DNA of 64,000 nucleotides from contig OX337242.1 of the NCBI GenBank assembly GCA_946965045.2, positions 2,604,001 through 2,668,000 on the forward strand. Reading direction: 5' to 3'. The DNA comes from Epithemia pelagica (Eukaryota; Protista; Bacillariophyta). How positions within the stretch are numbered: position 1 is the first letter of the stretch; the number at the start of each line of letters is the position of its first letter. Below, piece after piece: positions 58,755 to 64,000 of the stretch. The notes below the pieces were generated by a model that saw only the letters and a program-made list of their open reading frames with translations, was not told where the DNA came from and did not search any database. Position numbers and translations under genes: made by a program.

Positions 58755-61700
58755 GAGAGTCACTGTTCGGACCCAATATACTGTCCCAATGGACTAGTAT
58801 AGGGTCCTTTGAGATGAGGATCGAGCCAGGCCAAGCAACCAATCACCAGAAATCAAGAATCAACCTCAGTCAACCTCAGTGAATGGTGCCCACTGGTCCA
58901 GATGGCAGCTGTAACCCAAAAGAGGACAAGAAAATTTTTCAGCCGAGAGTCACTGTTCGGACCCAATTTACTGTCCCAATAGACTAGTATAGGGTCCTTT
59001 GAGATGAGGATCAAGCCAGATCAAGCAACCAATCACCAGAAATCAAGAATCAACCTCAGTCAATGGTTCCCACTGGTCCAGATGGCAGCTGTAACCCAAA
59101 AGAGGACGAGAAAATTTTTCAGCCGAGAGTCACAGTTCGGACCCAATATACTGTCCCAATAGACTAGTATAGGGTCCTTTGAGATGAGGATCAAGCCAGG
59201 TCAAGCAACCAATCACCAGAAATCAAGAATCAACCACAGTCAATGGTGCCCACTGGTCCAGATGGCAGCTGTAACCCAAAAGAGGACAAGAAAATTTTTC
59301 AGCCGAGAGTCACTGTTCGGACCCAATATACTGTCCCAATAGACTAGTATAGGGTCCTTTGAGATGAGGATCAAGCCAGATCAAGCAACCAATCACCAGA
59401 AATCAAGAATCAACCACAGTCGATGGTTCCCACTGGTCCAGATGGCAGCTGCAACCCAAAAGAGGACGAGAAAATTTTTCAGCCGAGAGTCACTGTTCGG
59501 ACCCAATATACTGTCCCAATAGACTAGTATAGGGTCCTTTGAGATGAGGATCAAGCCAGATCAAGCAACTAATCACCAGAAATCAACAATCAACCTCAGT
59601 CAATGATGCCCACTGGTCCAGATGGCAGCTGCAACCCAAAAGAGGACGAGAAAATTTTTCAGCCGAGAGTCACTATTCGGACCCAATATACTGTCCCAAT
59701 AGACTAGTATGGGGTCCTTTGAGATGAGGATCGAGCCAGGCCAAACAACCAATCACCAGAAATCAAGAATCAACCTCAGTCAATGGTGCCCACTGGTCCA
59801 CATAGCAGCTGCAACCCAGAAGAGGACGAGAAAATTTTTCAGCCAAGAATCACTGTTCGGACCCATTATACTGTCCCAATAGACTAGTAGAGGGTCCTTT
59901 GAGATGAGGATCAAGCCAGATCAAGCAACTAATCACCAGAAATCAAGAATCAACCTCAGTCAATGGTGCCCACTGGTCCAGATGGCAGCTGTAACCCAAA
60001 AGAGGACGAGAAAATTTTTCAGCCGAGAGTCACTATTCGGACCCAATTTACTGTCCCAATAGACTAGTATAGGGTCCTTTTAGATGAGGATCAAGCCAGG
60101 TCAAGCAACCAATCACCAGAAATCAAGAATCAACCACAGTCAATGGTGCCCACTGGTCCAGATGGCAGCTGCAACCCAAAAGAGGACGAGAAAATTTTTC
60201 AGCCGAGAGTCACTGTTCGGACCCAATATACTGTCCCAATAGACTAGTATAGGGTCCTTTGAGATGAGGATCAAGCCAGATCAAGCAACCAATCACCAGA
60301 AATCAAGAATCAACCACAGTCAATGGTTCCCACTGGTCCAGATGGCAGCTGCAACCCAAAAGAGGACGAGAAAATTTTTCAGCCGAGAGTCACTATTCGG
60401 ACCCAATTTACTGTCCCAATAGACTAGTATAGGGTCCTTTTAGATGAGGATCAAGCCAGGTCAAGCAACCAATCACCAGAAATCAAGAATCAACCACAGT
60501 CAATGGTGCCCACTGGTCCAGATGGCAGCTGCAACCCAAAAGAGGACGAGAAAATTTTTCAGCCGAGAGTCACTGTTCGGACCCAATATACTGTCCCAAT
60601 AGACTAGTATAGGGTCCTTTGAGATGAGGATCAAGCCAGATCAAGCAACCAATCACCAGAAATCAAGAATCAACCACAGTCGATGGTTCCCACTGGTCCA
60701 GATGGCAGCTGCAACCCAAAAGAGGACGAGAAAATTTTTCAGCCGAGAGTCACTGTTCGGACCCAATATACTGTCCCAATAGACTAGTATAGGGTCCTTT
60801 GAGATGAGGATCAAGCCAGATCAAGCAACTAATCACCAGAAATCAACAATCAACCTCAGTCAATGATGCCCACTGGTCCAGATGGCAGCTGCAACCCAAA
60901 AGAGGACGAGAAAATTTTTCAGCCGAGAGTCACTATTCGGACCCAATATACTGTCCCAATAGACTAGTATAGGGTCCTTTGAGATGAGGATCGAGCCAGG
61001 CCAAACAACCAATCACCAGAAATCAAGAATCAACCTCAGTCAATGGTGCCCACTGGTCCAGATAGCAGCTGCAACCCAGAAGAGGACGAGAAAATTTTTC
61101 AGCCAAGAATCACTGTTCGGACCCATTATACTGTCCCAATAGACTAGTATAGGGTCCTTTGAGACAAGGATCAAGCCAGGTCAAGCAACCAATCACCAGA
61201 AATCAAGAATCAACCTCAGTCAATGGTGCCCACTGGTCCAGATGGCAGCTGTAACCCAAAAGAGGACGAGAAAATTTTTCAGCCGAGAGTCACTGTTCGG
61301 ACCCAATATACTGTCCCAATAGACTAGTATAGGGTCCTTTGAGATGAGGATCAAGCCAGATCAAGCAACCAATCACCAGAAATCAAGAATCAACCACAGT
61401 CGATGGTTCCCACTGGTCCAGATGGCAGCTGCAACCCAAAAGAGGACGAGAAAATTTTTCAGCCGAGAGTCACTGTTCGGACCCAATATACTGTCCCAAT
61501 AGACTAGTATAGGGTCCTTTGAGATGAGGATCAAGCCAGATCAAGCAACTAATCACCAGAAATCAACAATCAACCTCAGTCAATGATGCCCACTGGTCCA
61601 GATAGCAGCTGCAACCCAAAAGAGGACGAGAAAATTTTTCAGCCGAGAGTCACTATTCGGACCCAATATACTGTCCCAATAGACTAGTATGGGGTCCTTT

Positions 61701-62972
61701 GAGATGAGGATCGAGCCAGGCCAAACAACCAATCACCAGAAATCAAGAATCAACCTCAGTCAATGGTGCCCACTGGTCCAGATAGCAGCTGCAACCCAGA
61801 AGAGGACGAGAAAATTTTTCAGCCAAGAATCACTGTTCGGACCCAATATACTGTCCCAATAGACTAGTATAGGGTCCTTTGAGATGAGGATCAAGCCAGA
61901 TCAAGCAACCAATCACCAGAAATCAAGAATCAACCACAGTCAATGGTTCCCACTGGTCCAGATGGCAGCTGCAACCCAAAAGAGGACGAGAAAATTTTTC
62001 AGCCGAGAGTCACTATTCGGACCCAATATACTGTCCCAATAGACTAGTATAGGGTCCTTTGAGATGAGGATCAAGCCAGGTCAAGCAACCAATCACCAGA
62101 AATCAACAATCAACCTCAGTCAATGGTGCCCACTGGTCCAGATGGCAGCTGTAACCCAAAAGAGGGCGAGAAAATTTTTCAGCCGAGAGTCACTGTTCGG
62201 ACCCAATATACTGTCCCAATAGACTAGTATAGGGTCCTTTGAGATGAGGATCAAGCCAGGTCAAGCAACCAATCACCAGAAATCAACAATCAACCTCAGT
62301 CAATGGTGCCCACTGGTCCAGATGGCAGCTGCAACCCAAAAGAGGACGAGAAAATTTTTCAGCCGAGAGTCACTGTTCGGACCCAATATACTGTCCCAAT
62401 AGACTAGTATAGGGTCCTTTGAGATGAGGATCAAGCCAGATCAAGCAACTAATCACCAGAAATCAACAATCAACCTCAGTCAATGGTGCCCACTGGTCCA
62501 GATGGCAGCTGCAACCCAAAAGAGGACGAGAAAATTTTTCAGCCGAGAGTCACTATTCGGACCCAATATACTGTCCCAATAGACTAGTATGGGGTCCTTT
62601 GAGATGAGGATCGAGCCAGGCCAAACAACCAATCACCAGAAATCAACAATCAACCTCAGTCAATGGTGCCCACTGGTCCAGATAGCAGCTGCAACCCAGA
62701 AGAGGACGAGAAAATTTTTCAGCCAAGAATCACTGTTCGGACCCAATATACTGTCCCAATAGACTAGTATAGGGTCCTTTGAGACAAGGATCAAGCCAGG
62801 TCAAGCAACCAATCACCAGAAATCAACAATCAACCTCAGTCAATGGTGCCCACTGGTCCAGATGGCAGCTGTAACCCAAAAGAGGACGAGAAAATTTTTC
62901 AGCCGAGAGTCACTATTCGGACCCAATATACTGTCCCAATAGACTAGTATAGAGTCCTTTGAGACAAGGATC
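58755..62972. repeat. Tandem array of 180-bp units (23 full plus 1 partial)
   Basis: Units start at 58755, 58945 and then every 180 bp to 62905. Identity is high, and stops occur in all six frames of the unit. Confidence 0.98.
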
Positions 62973-63761
62973 TGACAGAATCAAGCAAAAAGCAACAACC
63001 AAATGATCCTTCGAATGAGTTGCTTGTTGAAGCCAACACAAATTCAAAGTCAATGAAAAAAGAGTTGCTGGAAAGAGATTGCCCTTGCAAGTAGAGCAAT
63101 GAGTGCCTTTGAGCGTTATGCAAAGCTATTCAAATATTCGATCATTCCAAAAGACTTATCTTACAAGACTGTTTTAGCAACAAGATCGACAAAACTGTCC
63201 ATTGTCCATTGTTATGCTGCACTGCACCCATTCAATTTTTGGTGGGTGGGAAGTTTCGAGTGGCAGTTGGTGGTGAGGAAAAATGGGGACGCCAGCCAAG
63301 CCAACACTCGATGAAATTTTTCCTCTTGTGGGAAAGGAAATTTGGTGCGAAAGACAGACTTGGGGAAGGACGACTGTCAGACGATTTAGAGGTGGTCACC
63401 GATACAGAGCCAATAAGGCCATAACCCAGCCAGATTCTTTCCCTGTTCCCTCCTGTTGCCTCAAGAGAGCATTTATGTAAAACTGACAGTTCGCATAGAT
63501 TTTCTTCGGATCATTATTATTTGGCCATAAGAAGAAAATGGCCTGATATTCGCATTTAAGCCTGATTAATCATGATAATTGGTAGCGAATTGTCCGTTCG
63601 TATACTACGTCGCGCATGGTTGGGGAAGCGAGAGTCCAACCAAAACAACGATCAGCCACACACCAAGAAAAAAAGAGAGGCAATCATTTTGGATATCATA
63701 AAACCCAAATCCAACAAACTCACTCACTCGCTCACTTTCATTACCAAAAGCCCAAGTCAAA

Positions 63762-64000
63762 ATGTTGATGCACCAACGTTCTGCCTGCGCCATGGCCGAA
63801 GCCATTGCCGCCAAGGAGGCCCGTCGCAAGGCCTTGCGCGAAAAGAAGCAACGCATGCTGGAAGAAGGCAGCGTCGGTGACATTACCACCTCCTCCGGAT
63901 ACTCGGACAGTGCCGCCAATAGCTTGTCGGTTCCCTCGCATGTCGGTGTCTCTTGCAAACCGTCCTTGACACCCTCCACTTCTTCGTCGTCTTCGTCGTC
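63762..64000 (+). CDS. Uninterrupted paralog of the coiled-coil gene at 40471, running off the window
   Basis: ATG TTG ATG CAC..MAEAIAAKEARRKALREKKQR.. The frame is open across the single GTCGT (63986-63990). Confidence 0.8.
   Translation, partial: MLMHQRSACAMAEAIAAKEARRKALREKKQRMLEEGSVGDITTSSGYSDSAANSLSVPSHVGVSCKPSLTPSTSSSSSS

Larger units (their letters stand above)
53712..63409. mobile_element. Mutator-like (MULE) DNA transposon, about 9.7 kb, with an accessory gene and an internal tandem array
   Basis: 40-bp TIRs (53712-53751 / 63370-63409, 38/40 match) enclose a MULE transposase, a convergent ORF and a 180-bp array. The unit is absent at the paralogous site near 40115-40121. Confidence 0.88.
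53621..64000 (+). repeat. Second copy of a local duplication, paralogous to 40026 onward
   Basis: 53621-53710 equals 40026-40115. 63412-63990 matches 40121-40699 with scattered SNPs. Confidence 0.9.

Noticed and set aside
58755-62972. CRISPR array
   Set aside because: Whole 180-bp units repeat with no unique spacers, no cas genes are present and the context is eukaryotic.
58755-62972. Coding repeat extending the accessory protein
   Set aside because: Each unit has stops in all six frames, and a TGA lies four codons upstream of ATG 58750.

Overview
Eukaryotic, transposon-dense DNA, most likely from a diatom (inferred from CoDi-type Ty1/copia elements, an AFAP-type plastid presequence, GT-AG introns and diatom-type gene families). 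The window holds four copia relics or insertions plus a solo LTR, three non-autonomous TIR elements, and two multi-gene DNA-transposon-like units. The first unit (about 3.3-8.8 kb) encodes a decayed RAG1/Transib-like DDE transposase facing a partner ORF with a possible BAH-like domain. The second (53712-63409) is a 9.7-kb Mutator-like element with 40-bp TIRs, a MULE transposase, a convergent 750-aa accessory ORF with a possible HxD dioxygenase-like motif, and a 4.2-kb array of 180-bp repeats. Several host genes can be rebuilt in frame across insertions using target-site duplications. A local duplication has one copy carrying a copia and the other carrying the MULE, so each shows the other's empty site. 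Apparently intact host genes are a plastid cyclophilin and a vWA/alpha-kinase. All domain calls come from motif recognition by eye; no database search was run.
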